DNA of 64,000 nucleotides from the human T2T-CHM13v2.0 reference genome, Homo sapiens: assembly GCF_009914755.1 (NCBI RefSeq), contig NC_060926.1. The stretch is one strand, 5' to 3'. Position numbers and translations under genes: made by a program. Positions 14,399-30,103 of the stretch are shown here, in pieces; within the stretch, counting starts at the first letter, position 1, and the number at the start of each line of letters is the position of its first letter. The notes below the pieces were generated by a model, which saw only the letters and a list, made by a program, of their open reading frames with translations, ran no database searches and was not told the DNA's origin.

Positions 14399-14920
14399 TA
14401 TCTCATTGTTTTGATTGTAATTCTCTAATGACATATGATGTTGAGCATCTTTTGATATACTTATTTGACATTTATATGTCTTTTCTGGTGAGATGTCTGT
14501 TCAGATTTTTTTACTTATTTTCAGTTGGGTTGTTTGTTTTCTTATTGAAGTTTAAGAATTCTTTGCATATCTTAGATACACATCCTTTATCAGCTATATG
14601 TTTTGCCATTTTCTTTTAGTTTATGGATTATCTTCTCATTATCTTAGACCATTTTTTTCACAGAGCAGATGTTTTTAATTTCAATGAAATCCACTTACTG
14701 ATTTTTTTCTATGGATTGTTCTTTTGGTGTTGTCATCAAGAAAGTAATTGCCAAACCCATGGTAACTTAAATTTTCTCCTATGTTATCTTCTAGAATTTT
14801 ATAGTTTTGCATTTTACTTTTAGGTATATAACCCATTTTGAGTTATTAGTTGTGAAATGTGAAAAGTCAATGTTCAGACAAACTTTTTTGCATTTGGATG
14901 TCTAGTTGTTCCCCTAGCAC

Positions 14921-15331
14921 TGTTATGGTCTCAATATATCTCCCCAGATTTGTGAGTTAAAGCTTAATAGCCAATGTGACAGTATTAAGAGGTGGGGTCA
15001 TTAAAACGTGGTTAAGTCCTGAGGGCAGAGGCCTCATGGATTAGGACCCTTATAAACAGGCTTAAGAGAGTGGGTTTCCTCTCTTCTCCTTTTCTGCCAT
15101 GGGAAAGCACAACATTTGTCAACTGTTTTGACCTTCCGCCCTTTCACCATGTGAGGATACCTAGAGGGTGCCATCTATGAGGACAGGGGCCTTCACCAGA
15201 CACTGAATCTGTCAGCACCTTGATCTTGAACTTCCCAGCCTCCAAAACTGTAAGCCATACATTTCTATTGTTTATACACAAATTATGCAGTCTTAGATGT
15301 TTCATTATAGCAGCACGAATGAACTAAGAGA
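14921..15331 (+). mobile_element. MaLR solo LTR (MSTC/MSTD-like)
   Basis: TGTTATGGT start, CACCTTGATCTTGAACTTCCCAGCCTCCA motif, perfect 5-bp TSD AGCAC (14916-14920, 15332-15336). Confidence 0.92.
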
Positions 15332-15683
15332 AGCACCATTTGTTACAAACACTATCCTTTCTCCATTAAATTGCTTTTGCTCCTTTGTCAGAGATACATC
15401 GACTATATTTTTGTGGGTATATTTCTAGACTCTCTATTCTGTTCCATTGATCTATTTGTCAATTTTGTAGACCAAAATACGAACATTAGAGAGTAGCATA
15501 GCCTGTCTGATTAAACACTATTTGGAGTATCTTAGTTATTTTCTGGGTGACAAATTTTGAGAAGAGTCTATCATGAAGTAGAGTATGTTCTTGCATTATT
15601 CTAATAATAATCACCCTGTTGTGAAGGTAGTGCTGAGACCTCAATACCATAGGAGTATAGATAACGGAAAAACTCAAAAGCTA

Positions 15684-16076
<393 letters not shown>

Positions 16077-16271
16077 TCACAGTAGTAACTAAGACTAATG
16101 GCTAAAACTTGAAAGGAAAACATATTTTTATTAAAGTTTTTTTTTTTTTTGCTAAAAATATACTTGAGGTCTGTGACTCCTTTTCAGTCACTGGATAGAA
16201 TAAAGCAAATCCCTGGGGTATACTGTGGTAGAGTTGCTACATCAGATGGAATTTTAGGTTAAGAGACATCC

Positions 16272-16602
<331 letters not shown>

Positions 16603-19600
16603 GGAGACATCCAAAGGTACATCACCACTTGAAGTCTATAATTCTGTTAGAGCTCATCTGAAGAAATAGATTCTGAACATAGGGTACTTGGTGGTGTATA
16701 GCCCTAAGTGAGGATTTTAAGCAGCGAGGGCAAGGTAGAAAGGACACAAAAGACTAGCTAGTCGAAGAGAAAGGGTTGGTATAAAGTGAAAAAAGTAGAA
16801 AATACAATTCCCTTACTACCACAAGTCTAAGTCTGCAAACACGTGCACTAAAATGGTCCATCATTAGCATGAATAGTAGATCCTTCATTCTTCTCAGACC
16901 TATTCTGAAAGACAGCTCATTTTTTGAAGCCTATTTTCTAGAAATAAGAATAGCTTTGAAAACACAAAGCGATTGGGTCAGAACATTCAGGACTGGGACT
17001 GACCTCAAGAAAGTAAATTTGTTGTGGACTTTCTGTGGGACAGGATAGCTTATAAGAACAGCTCACCTAGAATTTTATTCCAGTTTAAAGTCAATGTCAA
17101 AACAATGCACCATTCAGCACCAAAAGGCTCATACCAGAAGGAATTTTAGTTGCTATGACAGAAAGAGACATCTATAAGCCAGTCAATGAGATAATATGAC
17201 AAGTTATAACCCTTCTATAAGAAAGCGTTTCTTTGGTTAAGGTCACTTATTAGCAAGGGGTGAATCTCTGGAAAGTAAATGGTTAGCAGAGTTTATTTTT
17301 CTTCTTTCATGTGAACTACCTAATAGGATTTTTTCAGCACAGTGAATAATAATTAGTTGGTGTTCTATTCTCTGGTATGAATAAATTGAAACTGAATACT
17401 TTTTCTGTTTAAGGGTAAAGCGAAGATGACAATAGCCTCGTTCTGCTAAAAAAAAAAAAATCCTTCATCACAATTAGGAAGACAAAAGAAATCAGCTTTG
17501 CAGATCATTAGAATTAAATTTGATACCAATTACACTGTCAAAAATGAATATAATTGAATTCAAGTCAGCAAGCTTTGACTATATTATTTATACAAAGATA
17601 CTTAAAACTCAGTTTAATCAATCTTATAAAGCCTGGGTGTAAATAACATAGTTAGAGTTGGCTGAAGAATTTCATCTGGAATGGAATCAAATTTTCCTTT
17701 GATATTCTGTGCAAATAGGTCATATTCAGTGCTGTGGCTTCCAGTTTTTTTCTTAAATGTTAAAACAGTCATTGTAAGAGACCTAACTGACACATTTTCA
17801 ATTATCTTTACTTTTATGTTGTTATTTTAAATATGTGTAACCGATACTTAAGAAACACTCCAATTAGGGATATAAATCCTTAAACTTGACTTGTGTTGAA
17901 GGAGGCACACTAACCTTGGTAAACAGACTCTTGCCATGCTGTACCCTGTGCTTCATTGACATAAGGCCATAAACGCTCCTCCCTGTAAGCTGAACCCTCT
18001 ACTCCATTCTTCCTATTTCTGTCCATCTGTGTAAAATACACATCCATCAGTAGAACACTTTCAACAGATAACTTTCCAAGACAGCAGAAGTTATTTTTAT
18101 TGCCCCTTTCAAATGAAGTTTTACTAGAACAAATTTTCATATTCTGCCTCTAAACAAATGCTATTTCTCAAGCAACATGGTTGTACTTAGCTCATTTTAA
18201 ATTGTGACCAACCTTCTGATTCTGACAGAGTTAGTCCAGTTGTCTGGCCATGTTATATGTGTTTATTAACTTGTTAAAGTAAAAGAAAGAAACACATTAT
18301 TCAATGAATATACTTATGGGCCATTAATATAATGCCTACTCTTACTTCTAATGAGTGAAATAAATACAAATGAAGAAAAAAGACATTTTTTCTAACTTGC
18401 AGAAAATGCCACTCTCTACTAATATTATTACAAAGAATTAAATGGCACAAAATTCCAAATACATTTTTGTCATTAAACAAGCAAATATATGGCAACATAG
18501 CTTCACACATATTTTGTATCTGCCCAGATTATTATAATAGTAGTTTCTATTTTTTCCTATTTTATATCCAACCTTTTTTTCCTTTGGCAAATGAAAACTT
18601 GAACTGCAGGGTTATAAAATTATATTTGATTTTTTAATCAAAAAATCAAGTACATGAGGGAGTACATGAAGGAGATAAGAAAGGTCTTAGACTAATTAAT
18701 GAAGGGGCTTGTTAAGCAAGCACTACTAATAAACAGCCTCCCATGTAGTTCTTGGAGGTGAGCTCTCCACCCCACCAAAGCCCTATCATCTAATGACTTC
18801 TCCATAGTTCACAAACTGCCTTCCCATTTGTAATGGAGAAAGGGCAGAAACTCTAAGGAAAACATAAGGGTTGCATAGAGATTTCATGTGTAAAGCCAGT
18901 GCCACTGGAGGCTGCAGTGATATGTTCAGGCTTCTGAAGCTGTGTCCATTCTCCCCTGGTGGTAAAATGATAAGAATACTTAGGTGAGAGCTAGCAAGGA
19001 CATGGATGTGAGGCGCAGTGGCCTGTCTGTCCTGCATCCAGCATCACAGAGATGATTCCTACCAGGTGAGAGGAATAAGGAGTCAGAAGTGATGTAACAC
19101 ATCCAAGATAGTCTGTGATGTAGAATATGAAGATATATCAAATTTTAAGTTAAATGTTACCAGCGTAAAGGTCATAGATGGACACCTGGCAGGTAGAATT
19201 AAAAAGAGAACATCCAACCTAAAGAGCGAACATTTAGCATTTACTATGAAAACCTTCTGTCCTAAATTACTTCTTTGCCCTTTCTAGAATAAGTATCTTC
19301 CCTGAGAGAGCTGGTGCTTTTGAAGTAAAGTCCAAGGTTTCCATCCTTGTATGAACCACTTGGCTTCCGAGGAAAAAGGATAAAAGGACATAAGACAAAG
19401 AAACAAATTTCACAAGAGTAATGACAAAGGAAAAGATTTAGAATAACCTAAACTGTATACTATACTAGCACAGATCAAAAACATAGTGTTTCATAAGGCA
19501 TAGGGATGCCCTTCTTGATTGGTATAATGAGAAGTGAGTCGTTTTTAGCATTCGAAAAATGAGTAGAGATTCCAAACAATAAATAGTTTTGAGATATAAA

Positions 19601-20829
19601 TATAACAAAGTGGAAATCTTCCAAAGTGGATATTTTCTTAGGATATAAACAAACCTTCATTATAGGCTGAACCAAATTAATTATGCATTTCATGTAGTCA
19701 CTTAATTCATTCAAACATGTGCCTGACACAGTACTAGATACTAGAGATGCAAAAATAATCTACCTTGAAAAAGACAGGTGTCATTCACATATAATTAATT
19801 ATAATTGCATCAAATGCTACCAGAAAAAGAATGATATGCATTGCTCTTTTGAAAATTCCTTGTTCTAGCCAAGAAAAGGAACTAAATTTGAAGCAAGAAA
19901 GAGGTAAAAGTAACTTCTTGCCAGGCTGACATTCCTATTCCGTTCAACTTTTCTATTTATTATGCCCTAGACTTAATCACTGAGACCTTCGATTCTCTCA
20001 TTTAGGAATGTCTTTGCCTCCTTCAGGATTAGCTCGAATACTAGTTTCTTGTTGACACTTACTGGGATAGGCAGTAAGAACTAATCATTTCTTTTCTTTA
20101 CCTCTGGTGTGTTATATCTTTTATAGTTCTTACCACATTTACTTGTTAACATTATTTTCCACTTGAGGATGGAGACTAATTGAAGGCAAGGCTGTTCAAC
20201 CCTTCTGATGTCCAAGCATATTTGTAGTGTTCTATGAGGTAATGTTTTTTGTCCTCTTGTTTGTTCAATAGTAGGATAAATTATTTTATTTGTCAAATAC
20301 TTTATAATTGACAGGATAAAAAAGTGGTGAATTAAGTATATGCCCACAGAAGGACTTTTTCACAAAACATTTTTCACTAATGTTTTGGTTATTTATGTTG
20401 CTTCAGGAGGCTGTTTTCATATGGGAAAGTGAGAATCCTATTTATTTAAATATCATAAAAATGTCCATCAATAATAGCAATTATTGATATCAATGAGCAG
20501 AATTTATTTGGAGCTTCTTTGAACATAAAAGTTTCTCAGACATACTTCATGAAGAAATCCTTCAAAGTTTCCCCAAAACTATGCAAAGATATATAATAAA
20601 CCAAATATAATAAAGGATTAATCTTCATAGATCAAAATAAATGCCGAGCTAAAATAATTTTCTATTTTCATGATTCTGGAAGCAAAACCATGTATACCCA
20701 CGGAAGTTTCTTTCTGCATTAGCATGATTTTACTATATTAGGAAAGTTTTGCTCAGGAATAAAAAAGTTAGAAATAATTATTATTAATTTTAGAAACTCC
20801 TATAAGCCCATTTAAATGAACATTAGACT

Positions 20830-21450
<621 letters not shown>

Positions 21451-21969
21451 CATGTTATCCATTTTTTATTGGATGACTAACAAGTCCTTTCTCATTAACC
21501 TGCTAGGGTTTTTACACATCAGTTGAACATATTGTTTCCCAGGTTAGGTATGAGTTCAATGAATTTCAGGGTTGGGGAAAAAATAGAAGTTTAAAAAGTG
21601 GCGCTTGGTATTTTTATAGAATGTATGAAGCTGGGTTGTCATAAACTGGATAGTGTTTGAAATTTCAAATAAAATATATTTAGGCTTTATTTAAACACAA
21701 GAATTGATACCAGATAATTTTCTTTGATTACTTAGTAATTTGGAGTTTATACCTGAATGCTTTTTTTCCACTCAGATAAAAAGGTTGCAGTCTGGTGCTC
21801 TGAAACCATAGAAGTAATGAGCTTCCATTCTTAAGTCATCCTAAGTCACTTTATGTAGTTGTCCTTTATGAATACTGGTGCTCTGTGATGTAACAATTAT
21901 TCGCTTGGTTCTCTTACACAACTTCCCAGAACACTAATGTTTTGGCCATTTATGTAGCTTCAAGTAGCT

Positions 21970-22208
21970 GAAACAGTATTGGCTTTGGATACAGATGGAC
22001 CTGAGTTTTACTCTTCATTTTGATTTGTACTACATTTGCTATCATTGAAAATTAAGTAATCTTTCTAAGCTTTCATTTCCTCAACTGCAAGATGAAGATA
22101 ATACAACTGAATTCCTAGATTTGCCTTGAGGATGAAATGAAATGGGAAATATAAAGTACCTAGTACAGGACCTGGAGTGTAGGAGGCACTAAGTCATTGA
22201 TAACTATT
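21970..22208 (+). mobile_element. MIR SINE
   Basis: Near full-length: GGCTTTGGA..CAGA..GACCTGAGTT..TTTCCTCAACTGCAAGATG..GAGGATGAAATGA..GTACCTAGTACAG.ACCTGG. Confidence 0.8.
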
Positions 22209-23814
22209 TTAATCTCTGTTATTTGCCATCTTATCCATGGGCTTCACTTTGATGAGCGCAGTATCTTCTGCTGAATGACTCTACTTTTTTGCTATGATGC
22301 GCCTACTCTTCTACTGTTTCTTTAACTGATATTCCTTTCTTCCAAATTATTCCATGTAAAAGGTACTCTTCCAGAGCCTACATTAAATTGTTTGGTGAGC
22401 ATCAGCTTACTGCAGAGCTGTAAACCTTGGTTTAACCTGCTATCCAAATTGTGAGCGAAAGGCATTGCCTGAGTTAAAATTTTATTTAATGCTTTCCTGA
22501 ATGTATTGAATCCCCTTATTTTAAACCATAACAATTCGAATGTAACATATAGTCCTAAGTATTTTAAAAATTATCAGTCTTTACTCTCATATGCAGTTCA
22601 AGCAATACAATTTAACAATTCTAAGACACTTTATGGCTCATAATAATTTTTTCCAACATCTTATTTCAGATGGTCTATAATGAAGAATTGACTTTTCTTT
22701 GTTCTCAAGCAAAGGACCTTTGGTAAGTTTCCAAAACATAAACTCATGTAAGTAAATGGGAACTTTAGAGGTATAATCAATCAGTGATTCAAAATATTCT
22801 TTTAGGGACACCTCTAATGGCTATTTTTTCCACATGTCTAAAGGCATTGTGCCTTCTTTGTATGTGAAAACAATTCTATCAATCTACCACAATCATAACA
22901 ACATTTGTTGGCTTTCCAATAGTGACATTAGAATTACACATTCTAGAAGATACAAATTAGAAGGACTTTGAAGTTGATCTAGTCCAGATAACTTGTAAGC
23001 AGCTAGAGGTTCAAGGACTTGCTCAAGTTCACACTACCCATTAATAAGGATTCAGAGATTCATCTGTAGTACTCTGATTCTATAACTCCCAGGCCAGCAT
23101 CATTTCTACTTTACTTCAGATTTGGTCTGATCTATTTTCTTTCTCACTGTCTCTGCTGAATTAATGACACAAATTTGTGAGATGGATGGCCAGAGCTATT
23201 GTCATTTTTCTAAAGAGATATCCATCTGCCCTCTTCAGTTCAACAGAATCCATGCAAACTTTTCTTTCAGTGTCTTCTTTATTTTTGTCAAGCCTGGGAA
23301 AATGAGAAAAAAATCTGAGTGTCAGGCATTGCATTGATTTCATTGGAAAGCCTTTTCATCATAAACAACAAATAGTTGTTGAACTCTCACTTTGTTTAGA
23401 GTATACTTTATCATTTTCATTTTTTCTCATTCTGCTGGGTGTCTCCCTCTCGATTTTTATGTCTTTTCTAGAGAATATCTTTTGTTTAAAATTATTCTCA
23501 GTTTTCCTGCCCCTCAAAAATAAGCCGTGTGTGAGTTTTATTTTATATGCAGGCATTTGCTTGTGGGGAAATGTAAACTTAACATACTGGTTATACTTCA
23601 TATGGTTACCCCTTCATATAGGGTAACTTCATATGGTAGCCTCCTTCACGAGACAAGGTGATGAAACTGCCTTCTGCAAGACACATTTTTTTAAATTCAG
23701 TATCAGGCAAACATACCGTAGCTGTATTACTTTCCTATAAGTAAGTAATTTTGAAAAGAAAAATTTCACAAAGTTGCTGTGGCCATCATGAATATGGGAC
23801 AAAAGAAGATGCAA

Positions 23815-24500
23815 AGAAAGACCAGTTCAGTGCTAAATTGCTGAGTCTGGGTGAGGAATAATGATGACTGGAAGAGTGTAGTAGTCTTGAAGATCATGAT
23901 AAGTATAAGGATTTGGGAAAATACAGCCAAAGGATTTGCTGGTGAACTGGATATGGGGCTTGAGGGAAGAAAAGCAGAAACATAATGTCTACTCTTAAGT
24001 TGTTAACAAATTGTGCAATTTCAATGGAAGATATCAGGTTGGCCATTGGCTCTATGGCGTTGGAACTCCTGCGAAGAGGTGGGAATTGTGCAATATTGAT
24101 GGTATGTTACCAAAGTCATTGGCTAGGTCACACAGAATTAGTGAAGAAATGGAGATGACAGAGCTAAGTACTGAGCAGAAGGAGGTAGACAAGATCCGTG
24201 AATAATAAAATTTAGAATGAGAATGTATTTTGGAGGGAGGAAATGGTCAGCTGTGCCAAATGGTGCTGTGAGATTGGTAAAGTGAGGGCAGAAGAATGCC
24301 CATTGGTCTTGGCAACTTGCTTCTCATTGATGATCTTGACAAGAAAAATTTTAGTGACATAATAAAGAGGGATGATCAATTGAGGTAAAAGTGAAGAGAA
24401 AATGGAAGTGGAAGAGAATGGTGTCAGCAGGAAGAAAATTAGCTCAAGAAGTTCGAAGAGGGGAAAAAATGAGGTTGTGGCTGATAAGGTAGTTACTGCT
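23815..24500 (-). mobile_element. L2 LINE fragment
   Basis: GGATTTGCTGGTGAACTGGATATGGGG and GGTCAGCTGTGCCAAATG.TGCTG..CCCATTGG..TTGGCAAC antisense L2 motifs. Confidence 0.7.
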
Positions 24501-25639
24501 AAAGGAGTTAGTTTATTTTTATTTTTTACAAGTAAACCAATAAACAGAATTATACAATGTGACTCATTCCGAATTTTTGATTTGTAAAAAATTTGTAATT
24601 TTATTTTGTCTACTGCTAATCTTGGCTATTCATTAGGTGACACCAGCCAGCTAGAGGAGAAAAGTTAATTAAACATCCTTTTCAGGTTAAAGTCTAGTCC
24701 AATATGATGATTTAAATCATCCTACTGATAAAGATTTCTAGAATAAAAGAATAATCAGGTTCTTATGATGCCTACCCCAGCTTCTTTCTAATATAGTTTC
24801 TCTCTTTTGTGTATGGAAGGTGGGTGTTGCTTTCGCATCCCTATGGTGAAGAAAAAGACTCAGATCTTGTGTAGTTTCTTCTTTTCTGGTTGCTGGCCTT
24901 TTATTCTGGGTATTTAATGCTGAAGTCTGGGCTCTAACTCAAAGTCAGCTTACTCTTGCAGGATCAATTGTCCCTGGCTCTCTAAGCGTGGACTCTCCGA
25001 GTCCTTGTTAAGCCCGTCTCCTACCCTCTAGCCCAGTGCTGGAGACCAGCCAATGTGAAAAAGTCATGTTATGAGACAAGGTAGGCCCCACGGAATACCC
25101 ATAGGCTATCAACATAACATCCATGCATCCCATGCACTGAGGGCACATCCAAATATTTGAACATCAAGAGCACTCTCTGGTAACCTGACCACATTGCAAC
25201 CCCAAGTTGGTAAAATTAGGCCTTGGTTTGGTTTGCAAAGCCAGTGAGTCAGAATTGGTCTTCTTTCCTAAGTTATAAAGGCAGAGCCTCCAGTACTATT
25301 GGTGATACTTGCATTTATTTAATGCAATGTTTTTTATACTCCTCCAAAGCCAGAGAGAGAAATATGTACTCACATCTGGAATCATCCTTCCATCCTGAGT
25401 CAAAAACAACAACAACAACAATAACAACAACAACAAACATGCTTAGCATCTATTCCCCCTTTTTTATGGCTGCGTTTAAATTTTACATCTCTATGCTTTT
25501 TCTAAGTATGCAAAAGGAAAGGAATTTAACTCTTCACTTTATCCTCTAGGCTGAAGAATTCCTCAGACCAGTGTTAAGAAAGATTCATTATCTATATTGA
25601 ACATATTGCCCTTCCTATACATTTTAATATGTTGGTGAA

Positions 25640-25975
25640 AACAATAATCAAGTAGAGGAAAAGAGACCAATGATGGAAAAAAGAATGATAATTCTAGGAG
25701 AGAAGAGCTTGAGTAGGGAAGAAAGGATGGAGTCTGCAATGCATATGGATGTGTTGATTATTGATAGGACCAGAGCCACTTTATCCATTTGAACAGCAGA
25801 CAAATGGGAAACGTGGGTGAATATGCAGAAGGGTGGGAAATGTAATGGAAGAAATAGGGAAGCCTTCACATCTGATTCCATCCGTGTTTTCTGTGAGATA
25901 TGAGACTACGTCATCACATGAAATTGAGAAGAGAGAGTGCCAGAGAATTTCACTCTAAAGAAAAGATGATAAATA
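25640..25975 (-). mobile_element. L2 LINE fragment
   Basis: Purine-rich degenerate antisense L2 sequence (CTTGAGTAGG.AAGA.AGGATGG..TCT; TCTGATT.C.TC.GT.TTT.CTGTGA). Confidence 0.55.
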
Positions 25976-26261
25976 TTTTATAATTTTACCTCATTTCCTG
26001 TGTAAGACATTTCTCCCACTTGAAATGTTGGATATTTCTTAACTTTTTCACAACCTTGCCTGTTTTATGACTAATGTCAAAACCTCAATAATTTTTTAAA
26101 TAAATGTTTAACTGTTCTAGTCATTAAAAAATATGAAACAAAGTAAGTTATAAATTTATACCTTTTATGTGTTAGCAAAAAAGTTATAATACTCAGTGAT
26201 GGCAAGGTAACTTACTTGTAACTTACATTGCATTAATGCAACTGAAATAAGTGAAAGTGTT

Positions 26262-26430
26262 TTATTCATTCAGTTACTAATTTATTCATGAAATATTGAC
26301 TATCTCTTATATGCCAGGCATTGTTTTAGGCACTAGGAATGTATCAGAGAATAAAACAGATGAATATCTCTGTCCTTGATGACCCTTCTTCCTAGTGGGA
26401 AGAGAAGATAGATATTAATATTGGTAATAA
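26262..26430 (-). mobile_element. L2 3' end
   Basis: ATTCATTCA..TATGCCAGGCATTGTTTTAGGCACTAGG.AT...GAATAAAACAGA. Confidence 0.8.
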
Positions 26431-26726
26431 AATATCAAAAATAAAGACTAATGATTACCAGTTGAGGACTTGTTATATCCCAAATACATTAATTGAATTT
26501 TCCACTTATTATATCATTTGATGCTGAAAATAACTCTATTAGGAATATTAAGAAGGGAAGCTGTTAATTAGCAAACCATATAGACTAAGCTTAGTTAGTA
26601 GTAGTAAATTACAGAACATGCAGATCATAGAGCTACTGGTAAGTCAGGAACAGAAAACCAAATAGCAGTAGAAATGGCTAGAGTTGGAAGTGAGAGAAGC
26701 TTCTGACCTGCAGGCAGTACTCAGAA

Positions 26727-26893
26727 GTATTGAGTCCTGGCCTCTGTGCCAGGCACTTTCACAGGCATTGTACATACCCTGGGTTGTGTAATCCTCACAA
26801 AAGCCCTTTGAGGAGGTATTGTTATCCTCACGTCATGGATGAAAAGACTGGAGGTTATAAACCATGCAGGATCACACAGCACATGGCAGAATC
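26727..26893 (-). mobile_element. MIR SINE
   Basis: TGTGCCAGGCACT..TAATCCTCACAA..CCCTTTGAGG.GGTATTGTTATCC. Confidence 0.75.
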
Positions 26894-27185
26894 TCTTTCT
26901 CTGCAGCTTGGCTCTTCTTTCTCACAGACTCAGAAAAAACGCAGCAGGGAGGCTATTTTTTGAGAAATAATATGTTAAAGAACATGAGAGGGGGAAAAAA
27001 AGCCTTCCTGGCATTGCCAAAGATGATAGCATGAATGAAAATAAAATTGGAGAACACATGGCTGCTGATGGAGCTTATAAAGACCATGAAACATATGTGG
27101 GAAGATGGAAGAAGACGGAAAGAAATAATAATGAATGAAAAGTAGGACAGTGGATTAGTTCAGCAAGTTTAAACACTGACCTCTG

Positions 27186-27497
27186 GGCCGGGCACGGTGG
27201 CTCACGCCTGTAATCCCAGCACTTTGGGAGGCCGAGGCGGGCGGATTGTCTGAGCTCAGGAGTTCGAGACCAGCCTGAGCAACACGGTGAAACCGCATCT
27301 CTACGAAAATACAAAAAATTAGCCGGGCTTGGCTGCGTGCGCCTGTAGTCCCAGCTACTTGGGAGACCAAGCCGGAGAATCGCTTGAACCCGGGAGGCGG
27401 AGGTTGCAGTGAGCCAAGATCGTGCCACTCCACTCAAGCCTGGGCGACAGAGCGAGACTCCGTCTGAAACAACAACAACAACAAACCAAACAAAAAC
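27186..27497 (+). mobile_element. Alu, AluS-type, AAC-patterned tail
   Basis: Full dimer with many CpGs retained; TSD AACACTGACCTCTG. Confidence 0.97.
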
Positions 27498-27580
27498 AAC
27501 ACTGACCTCTGTACGCTCAGGTTCCAGGCATCCACCACCCAATCTATTTAAAAAGTTATTGGCAGTCAAAACTAAAACTT

Positions 27581-27935
27581 GGCCGGGCGGAGTGGCTCAC
27601 GCCTGTAATCCTAGCACTTTGGGAGGCCGAGGCGGGTGGATCACCTGAGCTCAGGAGTTTGAGACCAGCCTGGCGAACATGGAGAAACCCCGTCTCTATT
27701 AAAAATACAAAAATTAGTCGGGCGTGGTGGCACGGGCCTGTAATCCCAGTTACTCCAGAGGCTGAGGCAGGAGAATCGCTTGAACTTGAGAGGTGGAGGT
27801 TACAGTAAACCGAGATAGCGTCACTGCACTCCAGGCTGGGTGACAGAGCGAGAATCTGTCTCAAAAACAAAACAAAAAACCAAACAAACAAAAACACAAT
27901 AAAACAACAACAGCAAAACAAAACAAAACAAAAAA
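27581..27935 (+). mobile_element. Alu, AluS-type, long (AAAAC)n tail
   Basis: Full dimer; TSD CTAAAACTT. Confidence 0.97.
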
Positions 27936-28224
27936 CCTAAAACTTGCCGTTGTAATACAGGTCTATAATGTCGGAGGAATTTAACTATATAGTAAATGAA
28001 AATTATTCATAATGTGTGGTCATTTTTCTCAGGCAATTGATTTTTGTTAAAATTCTCAGTTTCTGAATCTGGTCATGACATAGATTAAATCAAACTGCCT
28101 TAAATTGGAGAAATTCCATGCATACTTATTTTCAGGTAGGGAGGTGAGGACACCTGTATTCCTACCTATGGGGAGAAACAAATGTGTGTTACAGAATTAC
28201 TGTTCCACTCAATTCCCCAATACT

Positions 28225-29212
<988 letters not shown>

Positions 29213-30103
29213 GCTTTTATTTCAATAACTAGTGTTTCATTGCTGAATACAGTGACCTACATACAGCTGGTAATAAGTACAGGGACTGATTGATTTTCTA
29301 AACTTTGTAGGTGAATTCACATCTCCCTAATCTAATTTTCCTGGGAATTACAGTGACACAGACCTTTCCATTTGTCTCCTTCTTATGGACAGACCTCTGT
29401 TCATTCTCCTCTAATATTTTGAATTTAGGCATATCATTAAGTTCTACTGAGTGAGGACACTGGGCTTGGACAGTAAATTTCTCTCTTTACTCCTTGCTTG
29501 TCCTAAACCAATGGTTGCCTGAGCACATTTACCACCTGTGTCAGTTCGTGGGGGAGAGGTGGAGAAGGGTAGGCCACCGTGTTTCAATTCCTTATCATTT
29601 CACTCACACATTTCTTACTTTATCTTTTATACACATATATACCTCAGTACACAAATACATACTATTTGTAATTATGAGAATCGTTGAGACTTGATCATAG
29701 CAGTTTTTTCATATCTATAAGCATGTGCAAACTATAAATTATCTTGGTGTATAGGTTTTGATAGGATATTGCTCTTATCCTCAATTTTTTACACGATTTC
29801 TCTTATGTTTCTTATGTAGTCTCTTTCTGGTCCTAATGAATAAACTGGCAATTTTTATTGGTATTTGTTCTTTCTCTCAAAGATAGAATATTCTATAATT
29901 TTTTTGAAATATAGGAAAATCCTTGCATGGAGTTATCAGGTCATTTCCCCATCAGTATGGATTTGGGATTAATGGAAAAATTTCCAATTAGATCTACCTT
30001 ATCTTCATCCCCAGTGAAAGTAACTTTATGGTTGTGTATGCTTATCAGTGCAGTTATTTTGTAGTGTTCTAAAAACTCCCTAGTTAAGAGTAATCAGAAA
30101 AGC

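Larger units (their letters stand above)
13045..15475 (-). mobile_element. L1MC1/2-like LINE-1 3' portion (ORF2 end plus 3'UTR), interrupted by an Alu composite and an MST LTR
   Basis: Antisense L1 3'UTR (AGGGTTCACTCTTTGTG..CCATCATTACAGTATGACACA) and ORF2 relics (CAGCAATGAATGAGAGTTCCTGTTGCTCC; CCATTGATCTAT), continuous across both insertions. Confidence 0.85.

Noticed and set aside
27075-27569. Longest ORF (164 aa) and other Alu-overlapping ORFs (e.g. 9232-9849, 15681-16016, 27556-27921, 43700-43912, 50560-50814)
   Set aside because: Translations of Alu sequence ([24 protein letters not shown] motifs), not genes
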